Assembly (NCBI RefSeq): GCF_008000775.2 | Contig: NZ_CP042905.2 | Span: 90,001-122,000, forward strand | DNA length: 32,000 nucleotides | Origin: Promethearchaeum syntrophicum | Lineage (GTDB): Archaea; Asgardarchaeota; Lokiarchaeia; Sigyniarchaeales; Promethearchaeaceae | Direction of reading: 5' to 3' | Shown here: one piece after another, positions 1 to 6,926 of the stretch | How positions within the stretch are numbered: position 1 is the stretch's first letter | How the letters are laid out: each line of letters opens with the position of its first letter | Made by a program: the position numbers and the translations under genes | The notes under the pieces: model-generated | What the model was told of the DNA's origin: nothing | Seen by the model: the letters and a program-made list of their open reading frames with translations, nothing else | The model's database searches: none

Positions 1-286
1 TTTGATTTTCAATGGTTAAATACTCAAGATTGGTCAAATTTCCGATGTTTTCGGGTAACTTATCGATTCTGTTAAAATTATTTTTTAAGTGTCCTCTAAT
101 ACCTAGTGCAACAATGTTATAATCAACAACTCTATAACTCGCAGGTTTTCCTATGAGATGTTCAAGTTCGATAAGGACTTCTACATTGCTTTTAACCAAT
201 GCTTGCCCGTTGTAGTTCATGAGTTCTTCGGATTGGTTTCGATGAATTTTAAGGACAGCGTTCTTTTCTTTGTTCTCCATTCTCAT
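1..286 (-). CDS. Leucine-rich repeat protein, N-terminal part (gene runs off the left edge of the window)
   Basis: Not in the ORF track. My reverse-strand translation from ATG 286..284 is open down to position 2: MRMENKEKNAVLKIHRNQSEELMNYNGQ...NRIDKLPENIGNLTNLEYLTIENQ. It ends in the same LPENIGNLTxL LRR motif as 1140..2519. The track ORF 158..406 (+) is its antisense shadow. Confidence 0.6.
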   Translation of the reverse strand, partial: MRMENKEKNAVLKIHRNQSEELMNYNGQALVKSNVEVLIELEHLIGKPASYRVVDYNIVALGIRGHLKNNFNRIDKLPENIGNLTNLEYLTIENQ

Positions 287-415
287 TTCACGAATTGGTA
301 TGTATTTTTGGACCTTTTACTTTATCATTATATAATATATGGGATTCGGGTTAAAATATTTAACGGATCGACAATTTATCGTGTGAAAATTGTGCGTCCC
401 AGTTAATCGGATGTT

Positions 416-441
416 TTTACCTTAGGTAACTAAAAGTAAAA
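416..441. repeat. Left arm of a 26-bp inverted repeat (TTTACCTTAGGTAACTAAAAGTAAAA); partner at 1005..1030
   Basis: The reverse complement of 1005..1030 is TTTACCTTAGGTCACTGAAAGTAAAA, matching 24 of 26 positions. Weaker similarity continues towards both divergent LRR gene starts (287..415 versus 1031..1139). Confidence 0.8.
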
Positions 442-503
442 AAAGAACGAAAAAAATAAAAATATCGAAAAAATAAAAAAAATTATAGAAAAAAAAAGAC
501 GGA

Positions 504-797
504 TTATGGTGTATATTCGTGATTGCTGTTTCCTTGAACGAAATTAGTTCCATATTCAGAAATAAATATACTATTTACTGAAAAAAAGTTGCCACCGTTT
601 TCATATTTAGATCCCAAGTGCCCGACCATTAGATAATGGAGCATTGCGTTTACAATGAAAACGCCTGAGAGTATCCTATGTGTCTCAATGTCATAAAGTT
701 CCAAGTTGGATTCATAAGCGTTTTCGTAATAGTACCAGTATCCTTGTGTGTCGGCAACAAATAAGTTGGGGTGAGATGTTAGAATATTGACAGACAT
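504..797 (-). CDS. Hypothetical protein (97 aa from ATG 797; the track starts at GTG 800)
   Basis: Track ORF with non-repetitive composition and no recognisable motif. Its first codons overlap the left end of repeat copy 1. Confidence 0.4.
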   Translation of the reverse strand: MSVNILTSHPNLFVADTQGYWYYYENAYESNLELYDIETHRILSGVFIVNAMLHYLMVGHLGSKYENGGNFFSVNSIFISEYGTNFVQGNSNHEYTP

Positions 798-916
798 CAC
801 ATGAACAGAAACAGATTTGAAGAAATTGTAGGTTTGATATAGATAGGGGTAGTAGAAAGATATTGAAGTAATGTTGGTACGGTTTGTAGAGCAAGGCTTT
901 GTCGTGGGCTTTTAAC
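787..916 (+). repeat. Copy 1 of an unclassified ~130-bp G/T-rich dispersed repeat
   Basis: Aligns by eye with 15912..16042, 18199..18325 and 19298..19426. All four share the invariant core GTAATGTTGGTACGGTTT and end in GTCGTGGGC plus a T-run. Confidence 0.9.
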
Positions 917-1004
917 TTCTTTATTTAATTTAAATATTTATATTGTTAATTTGAGTAATATTTGTTAAATTTTAATTACAGTCTTTTTTCTCTCTACATT
1001 TAAT

Positions 1005-1030
1005 TTTTACTTTCAGTGACCTAAGGTAAA
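1005..1030. repeat. Right arm of the 26-bp inverted repeat (partner 416..441)
   Basis: See 416..441. It lies 110-135 nt upstream of the LRR gene start at 1140, while its partner lies 130-155 nt upstream of the divergent LRR gene start at 286. Confidence 0.8.
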
Positions 1031-1139
1031 TCTTTTTGATCGCCAAATTTTTTAGCAATAAATCGCCGATTCGTTAAATTTAATTACTCAAACTTTATAT
1101 AATATACGGAGACAAAAATTAGTAAATGGGATTCAAGGA

Positions 1140-2519
1140 ATGAAAAAACGCACTAAAAAATCTTCTGTAAAAACAACTAGACATCAAAGAAATCCCGTAA
1201 AATACCCAGGTATAGTAATAAAAAATGGACATTTGACGATTCTCCCCGAGAATATCAAAAATCTGAAATTTCTCGAAATTATGAATTTAAGTAATAAACG
1301 GTTAACATCACTCCCAGAAAATATCGGAGATCTAAGATCTCTAAAAAATTTAGATTTATCAGATAATCAGTTAACAAAACTCCCGGAAAGCATCGGAAAT
1401 CTAACATCTCTAAAAATTTTAGATTTATCAGATAACCAGATAACAAAACTCCCGGAAAGCATCGGAAATCTAACATCTCTAAAAATTTTAGATTTATCAG
1501 ATAACCAGATAACAAAACTCCCAGAAAGCATTGGAAATTTGAAATCACTTGAAAAGTTGAATTTACGAGGTTTTCAGATACCGACACTTCCGTATGAGAT
1601 TGAAAATCTGAAAATATCCGAAATGATAAATTTAAGACACAAATGGTTAATATCGCTCCCAGAAAGCATCGGAAATCTAACATCTCTAAAAAATTTAGAT
1701 TTATCTTATAATCAATTAACCAAACTCCCAGAAAGCATCGGAAACCTGAAATCACTTGAAAAGTTGAATTTATATGCTAATCGAATAAAAACACTACCGG
1801 AAAGTATTGGAAATCTATCTTCTCTAAGAGATTTAAATTTATCACTCTTATTTTTTAATTCACTACCGAAAAGCTTAGGAAATTTGAAATTACTCGAAAA
1901 TTTGGAATTATCATCTAATGTATTACCTTTTCTTCCAGAGGAGATCGGAAATCTAACATCTTTACAAAGTTTAGATTTAACATCTAATCAGTTAACAACC
2001 CTCCCAGAGAGTTTCGGTAATCTAACATCATTACAAAATTTAAATTTAATATTTAATCATATAATATCTCTCCCGGAAAGTATTGGAAATCTTAATTCGC
2101 TCCAAAATATGAATTTAGGGGTAAATAAGTTGACTTCTCTCCCGGAAAGTATTGGAAATCTGAAATCACTTAAAAAATTGGAATTAGCAGAAAATAGGTT
2201 GACTTCTCTCCCAGAAAGTATTGGAAATCTTGGATCTCTAACCTATCTTGGATTATCACAAAATCAACTCACTTCACTCCCAGAAAGCATTGGAAATCTA
2301 ACATCTCTAGATTATATTGTATTATCACAGAATCAACTGACTTTACTCCCGGAAAGCATTGGCAATCTAACATCTCTAAATTATTTTGAATTATCCCAAA
2401 ATCAACTAACTTCACTCCCAGAAAGCATTGGCAATCTAACATCTCTAAAAATTTTGGATTTAAACAATAATCAGTTAAATTTTCTTCCTGAAAGTATAGT
2501 TAAATTTGAAGCGCTCTAA
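1140..2519 (+). CDS. Leucine-rich repeat protein (about 18 repeats of 23 residues, LPESIGNLxSLxxLxLSxNQLTx); ends at an in-frame TAA and continues in 2520..2912
   Basis: The translation is almost entirely LPESIGNLTSLKxLDLSxNQ(L/I)TxLPESIGNL units. A TATA-like TTTATATAATA lies about 40 nt upstream of the ATG. Confidence 0.9.
   Translation: MKKRTKKSSVKTTRHQRNPVKYPGIVIKNGHLTILPENIKNLKFLEIMNLSNKRLTSLPENIGDLRSLKNLDLSDNQLTKLPESIGNLTSLKILDLSDNQITKLPESIGNLTSLKILDLSDNQITKLPESIGNLKSLEKLNLRGFQIPTLPYEIENLKISEMINLRHKWLISLPESIGNLTSLKNLDLSYNQLTKLPESIGNLKSLEKLNLYANRIKTLPESIGNLSSLRDLNLSLLFFNSLPKSLGNLKLLENLELSSNVLPFLPEEIGNLTSLQSLDLTSNQLTTLPESFGNLTSLQNLNLIFNHIISLPESIGNLNSLQNMNLGVNKLTSLPESIGNLKSLKKLELAENRLTSLPESIGNLGSLTYLGLSQNQLTSLPESIGNLTSLDYIVLSQNQLTLLPESIGNLTSLNYFELSQNQLTSLPESIGNLTSLKILDLNNNQLNFLPESIVKFEAL
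1377..1514 (+). repeat. Perfect 2 x 69-bp tandem duplication inside the LRR gene (one LRR unit duplicated)
   Basis: AAACTCCCGGAAAGCATCGGAAATCTAACATCTCTAAAAATTTTAGATTTATCAGATAACCAGATAACA occurs twice back to back (1377..1445 and 1446..1514). The next unit diverges. Confidence 0.9.
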
Positions 2520-2597
2520 TATTTATATTTATCAAAAAATCAGATAACTTCTCTACCGAATAGATTCAATAATCTAAGAATACTCAAAAAACTTAGT

Positions 2598-2912
2598 TTG
2601 GAAGAAAATCCAATAGAAACATTATCAAACATATCCATAGATGCTTTGAAATATATTAAAATTTCCGCAGGGTGTTTAACGAAGAAAGGAGGATATTTAT
2701 ATCAACACAGTATATTTGGGAAATTAGCTGAATATTATAAAAAAACTTGTAAATCACTAGCACTACAATATATTTCAGACCCAAAATCTCTTACAGAAGA
2801 TGAACTGGAGAGATTAATTCATGAATCAGGCAGATATGAAGAAATACTTTTTGAAAGTCGATTATCTCTTGAAGATCCGATATTCGTAAAAATAAGGAAA
2901 CGGATTTTTTGA
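2598..2912 (+). CDS. C-terminal remainder of the LRR protein (same frame as 1140..2519; non-LRR tail)
   Basis: 2520..2597 is open in the same frame and still encodes an LRR unit (YLYLSKNQITSLPNRFNNLRILKKLSLEENPIETL). The track start at 2598 is a TTG inside that unit. Confidence 0.6.
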   Translation: MEENPIETLSNISIDALKYIKISAGCLTKKGGYLYQHSIFGKLAEYYKKTCKSLALQYISDPKSLTEDELERLIHESGRYEEILFESRLSLEDPIFVKIRKRIF

Positions 2913-3200
2913 GAACTTTCCTGTGGATTGAAGATATGCTTTTAATTTTTTATATCAAATGTCATTTTATTTTTAACCTACTAAGTGGTTAGTTGGTTTA
3001 AAATAACTTATAATAATAACAAAATTCCTTCCTTAGAGATCAGTTTTTGAATTAGTGAAAAATAGTAGTTAGTTAAATTCTATAAAAAATCTAATAAAAA
3101 TATTTGAAATATGTATAGCCCCCAACTGAAAATTTAACTTCAACAAGAGAAAAAAATATCATCTGTCTTTTTAAGTGAGAAAAAATAAAAATTCATTGTA

Positions 3201-3734
3201 ATGGGATCGTACTGTCCAATTTGCGACAAAAATTTCAAACGTGATGGATATGCCAAAAGTGTTTCGCATATAGAAAGTCAGGCACATCAAACGGCACTCC
3301 TAAAAAGTAGAAGAACTGGAAAAAGTGAAAATACGCAAATAATATCTCAAAGCTCGACAAAACCTTTTCAGAAAAACAAGATTGCACTTTTTGGGAAAAC
3401 TCAAGATTCTACGAATTTAGAAAAGCGAGTTAAAGAATTGGAAAAACAAGTGGAATTTTTGCTAACAAAATATAGGATTATTGTTAAGAAACTTTCAAAA
3501 AATAATCAGTATGTCAATATGGATAAGCTTAAAGCAAAAATCTACAAAATTATCTCCAATAAAAGGCATATAACCTCTGATCAGCTTCTAGAAAACCGAC
3601 ATCTCAATAATTATTCATTTGAATCAATTGAAGAAGCAGTGCTTGAATTATCAGCTGATGCTATTATTGATTTAGGTGAAGGACCGTCAAAACGCAAATT
3701 CAAAAATCAATATGGTTTAATGGTTCTCCGATGA
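3201..3734 (+). CDS. C2H2 zinc-finger protein with coiled-coil middle and possible winged-helix C-terminus
   Basis: N-terminus CPICDKNFKRDGYAKSVSHIESQAH has the spacing C-x2-C-x14-H-x5-H. The segment LEKRVKELEKQVEFLL looks like coiled coil. The gene ends 45 nt before the next co-directional gene. Confidence 0.6.
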   Translation: MGSYCPICDKNFKRDGYAKSVSHIESQAHQTALLKSRRTGKSENTQIISQSSTKPFQKNKIALFGKTQDSTNLEKRVKELEKQVEFLLTKYRIIVKKLSKNNQYVNMDKLKAKIYKIISNKRHITSDQLLENRHLNNYSFESIEEAVLELSADAIIDLGEGPSKRKFKNQYGLMVLR

Positions 3735-3778
3735 TCCCTTGATCTTACTAAATCTTGTGTAAATGGTGTGTTATATAA

Positions 3779-6328
3779 ATGATTCGTGTATTAAACAATA
3801 ATAAATATAGAGAAGCACTTAGATATTTTAGAAAATTTACACAAAGCCCTTTTATAAGCAGTTCCTATTACGATGGGTATAAATTTGAAGATTTTGTTGG
3901 TCGTGGAGAGGAACTGGATCTTTTCAAGCAAAGAATTTTTGAAATTGTCGATAAAGGAACCAGTTATGCCATTAGATTAAATGGATTTGGTGGAGTTGGA
4001 AAATCGACTCTATTTAACTATCTTAAAAAACGAATAGAAGATGAAAGAGCGAATAATCCCAAAATTTGCGAGTTTCTGGGGCCATCTCATAACATTTTTT
4101 CTCTTTATTTTAAAGATATCGGAAAAATCTCCGATTTTGGGGATATTTTCCGAAAAATTCAAAATGCTTTCGCTCCTCATTTTGATGCAGAATTAGGTCA
4201 TGAAATTTCATTTGTTGAATATGTAGCCTATTGCATGGTGTTTGCTTTAGTAAAAAAGTATCCTGAAAAAATAGTTCATCGTATTTTTGGGAAAAAAAGA
4301 ACAGTTTTCAATCCGTCTACTATAAAATTACCTGATTTAATAGAAAAAATAAAAAATTTAGAAGAAAAATACATTTTGGAGATATCTGAAATTGTAAACG
4401 AGAATGTTAAAGAAATTATTAATGATTTTAAATATCAAACTAATTCCAAATCTTATAAAATAAACAGAAGAGATTTACCTTTATTACGAGGTCTTAGTCA
4501 AATATTTTCATATAATAATGATTATTATGATAAAGTGATGAGGTGTGATCCTTCCCTCTTTCGCTCAGACAATGAAATAATTGATTATTTTAATTCATTA
4601 TTAAGACTTTACAGTTGTTTCACACAACGTCAACCTATTCTTTTAATAGGAATGGATGAATTTGCCAAGTCACCTGAGATAGAAAAAAGAATTTATTATA
4701 AATCATTAGCAAAACTATTAGTAAAACTCCGGAATAGCTTGGATTACACGCTTTTTGTCTTTATCTCAACAAAAAAAGATTGGAACTCATTTGATCAAGA
4801 ATTACTAGAAGATACAGACCTACTAAGCCAAATTTCTGCATATATGGAAGAAATATCTCTAGTTTCCTTAGAAACTGATGAATTAATTAAAGTTTTTGAA
4901 AAAAGAATGGACCTCTACTGGAAAAAAGGTAGACATAATCGGCCAATAAAATATCCATCGTATCCCTTTTCAAAGGAGTTATTCCGATATGTTTATTTTC
5001 TACATGAACGTGATATGCGGGAATCAATAAAATTTTTAGATAGATTATGGCGAAAATTACAAAGATCTCCAGATATACCTGATTTCCATAATCTTTATGA
5101 TGTTCTTAGATTTGCACGTAGCTCTAAATTCTCCGGACTTGAACTTTCGAAGATCGAGGCGTTTGAACTTAAACTTGTAGGAGATTTTTTTAGTAAATCA
5201 CAAATTTATGCTAATAATAAAAAAAGATCTTCCATCGTGGAGGAAGGTTTAACCCAAGCATTTTTATCACTTAAAACTAAAACTTTTTTTGATGAATTAA
5301 GTTTTGTTCATAATAATTACACTTTTTATATTCAATCTAAAGATGGAACGCAACATAGAAGACTACCTGATGTCCTTTTGACCTTTAATGAAGATATGGG
5401 ACCATCTATGAAACGTTATGTTGAAATTCAAGTAAAGGTATATACTCCTGAAAAACATGTAGAGTTGGATCATATTGAGTCTTCAATAGATTTACTTTCC
5501 AACGGTTGTACGGATGCAGTTCTATTTTTAATGACTGGAGCAGGTTTTAGTCATAAAGCAAAAGAAGCGATTGAGGAACACTTAAAGATTTTTCCAAACA
5601 GAATCAAAATATTTATTGTGTCAACAGAGAGGATAAATGTATTATATTTTCTAGCTTTATTTAATGAAATATATGGAAAGAACTTTCAAGATTATGAAAA
5701 CGGTTCTGAAATTGCTTTATTTCTGCTTGAAAAAATTTTTAGATGTGATATTTCTGATTTATTTCAAGAATTATTGGCACTCCCTCCTTGGGAAATACCG
5801 GTTGATTCTGATCATAAAACAGAGAACTATCGTCCTCCACCCACATTAGCAGAATCACCACCTATTATTCCAAAAATAAGAAAATCTCCAGAATCTTTAC
5901 AGAAAACACCAGTTCAGATTAATTCTTATTTTAGTTCAAATTCTGCTTCTGGTTCAAATCTTAGTCAAGAAGTCACTGATGAGGAAAAAAATGAAATTGA
6001 TACCCAATCTCCTGAAGAAGCTAAATTATCAGAATTTCCGTTCCATTGGCAGAAATTACCTCTTCTTGATTATGTTGACTATCAAGGTGAGCTTATAGCT
6101 CTAGTGGATTATGCTTGGAACCGTCGTCCTAGTTCTCTTTATAAATTTACGAAAACTACCTTTCGAAAAAACTTCTTGAACGATAATGCAGCACTAGGTG
6201 TGAATGAATTTAATGAACTAGTTGATAGGATGATGAGAACAGGTTATTTAAAAAAGGAAAAAACTACATATATCTTTACTCCCGAGGGAAAATTGTTTGT
6301 TCGAGATATAGTAGCAAATCTAGGTTGA
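3779..6328 (+). CDS. Large P-loop NTPase (AAA+/STAND-like) fused to an Mrr-like PD-(D/E)xK nuclease domain, a low-complexity linker and a C-terminal wHTH
   Basis: FVGRGEEL...GFGGVGKSTLF is the Walker A region and ILLIGMDEF the Walker B. HERDMRESIKFLDRLW resembles the Orc/Cdc6 sensor-2 region. RLPDVLL...YVEIQVKVY...AVLFLMTGAGFSHKAKEAIEE fits the Mrr catalytic pattern (D ... Q/ExK ... TTG.F...A). A P/S/E-rich linker follows, then YLKKEKTTYIFTPEGKLFV, a wHTH-like tail. Confidence 0.7.
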   Translation: MIRVLNNNKYREALRYFRKFTQSPFISSSYYDGYKFEDFVGRGEELDLFKQRIFEIVDKGTSYAIRLNGFGGVGKSTLFNYLKKRIEDERANNPKICEFLGPSHNIFSLYFKDIGKISDFGDIFRKIQNAFAPHFDAELGHEISFVEYVAYCMVFALVKKYPEKIVHRIFGKKRTVFNPSTIKLPDLIEKIKNLEEKYILEISEIVNENVKEIINDFKYQTNSKSYKINRRDLPLLRGLSQIFSYNNDYYDKVMRCDPSLFRSDNEIIDYFNSLLRLYSCFTQRQPILLIGMDEFAKSPEIEKRIYYKSLAKLLVKLRNSLDYTLFVFISTKKDWNSFDQELLEDTDLLSQISAYMEEISLVSLETDELIKVFEKRMDLYWKKGRHNRPIKYPSYPFSKELFRYVYFLHERDMRESIKFLDRLWRKLQRSPDIPDFHNLYDVLRFARSSKFSGLELSKIEAFELKLVGDFFSKSQIYANNKKRSSIVEEGLTQAFLSLKTKTFFDELSFVHNNYTFYIQSKDGTQHRRLPDVLLTFNEDMGPSMKRYVEIQVKVYTPEKHVELDHIESSIDLLSNGCTDAVLFLMTGAGFSHKAKEAIEEHLKIFPNRIKIFIVSTERINVLYFLALFNEIYGKNFQDYENGSEIALFLLEKIFRCDISDLFQELLALPPWEIPVDSDHKTENYRPPPTLAESPPIIPKIRKSPESLQKTPVQINSYFSSNSASGSNLSQEVTDEEKNEIDTQSPEEAKLSEFPFHWQKLPLLDYVDYQGELIALVDYAWNRRPSSLYKFTKTTFRKNFLNDNAALGVNEFNELVDRMMRTGYLKKEKTTYIFTPEGKLFVRDIVANLG

Positions 6329-6926
6329 TTATTCACCAACTTTGATATAATAATAGGGATAGATTCGTTGATCTGGATTAGAATTATATTTATCATTTTC
6401 AGGAGTCACTTTTGTTCACACATAAAAAACCCGTATATTCTTTTCACATTTCCAGTAAATATCAGGATATGAGCATAATTCGAGTTTCATGATTAACTGA
6501 TGCAAATTGTTCAATTAAAATTAATTATTAAAATATGAAATTGAAAACAAAGAAATCATGAAATCTCAGCTTCGACAAAAATTTAAATTTCCCCTACTTT
6601 CAAATCGAAGCTATTAAATAATCTAACAAAAGCACTTCATTACTTAAATGAATTCAATCCTCTCCATGAGATCAGAATTCTCTCTTTTTTGTCGTAATAT
6701 ATAAATATCCTTTGAGAGACTTTTTTCAATAATTATTTTTATTGGAATCTCAAAAAAATATTTAATTAATTCAGTTTTTACCTAAATTCTAAAAAATTAT
6801 TAACCAAAAGCTAGCAAGCAATTCGCAAAATTTAAATGCTTAAAAATGATATTCAAAATAATTTTGTAAGAAAAATATAAAAAAAGATATTTTATACAAG
6901 AAAGCAGTTATGAGGAGATAAAAATA

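Noticed and set aside
158-406. Track ORF 158..406 (+), 82 aa
   Set aside because: It lies antisense to a better-supported LRR-encoding frame (1..286, minus strand) and runs into the promoter region. It has no motif.
712-894. Reverse-strand ORFs across the repeat (712..894 and 18167..18355, sharing the YKPYQHY peptide)
   Set aside because: The shared peptide follows from nucleotide identity. A 1-nt indel between copies shifts the frame immediately after it, so no protein is conserved.
872-916. A conserved mini-ORF inside the repeat (ATG TTG GTA CGG TTT ... = MLVRF..QG.VVGF), suggested by several third-position differences between copies
   Set aside because: Copy 4 has TAG at codon 8. The stop position differs in every copy (14 aa, 74 aa, 32 aa, 7 aa). 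With four copies the excess of third-position changes (about 6 against 3 and 3) is not significant. The track ORF 15997..16221 is just copy 2 of this frame running on.
1279-1755. Track ORF 1279..1755 (-), 158 aa
   Set aside because: It is a shadow ORF on the antisense strand of the LRR repeats, and its own repetitiveness mirrors the LRR periodicity.
1140-2519. The 69-bp nucleotide periodicity as a non-coding tandem or CRISPR-like repeat
   Set aside because: The periodicity is the 23-codon LRR unit of an obvious coding frame. The same reasoning applies to the ~120-130-nt periodicity in the LVIVD gene (14453..15577).
3779-6328. The ATPase as an Orc1/Cdc6 replication initiator, with the repeats as origin recognition boxes
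   Set aside because: The P-loop (GFGGVGKST) and the fused Mrr-like domain are not Orc1/Cdc6-like. The repeats are all in one orientation and kilobases apart, rather than inverted around an AT-rich unwinding element.
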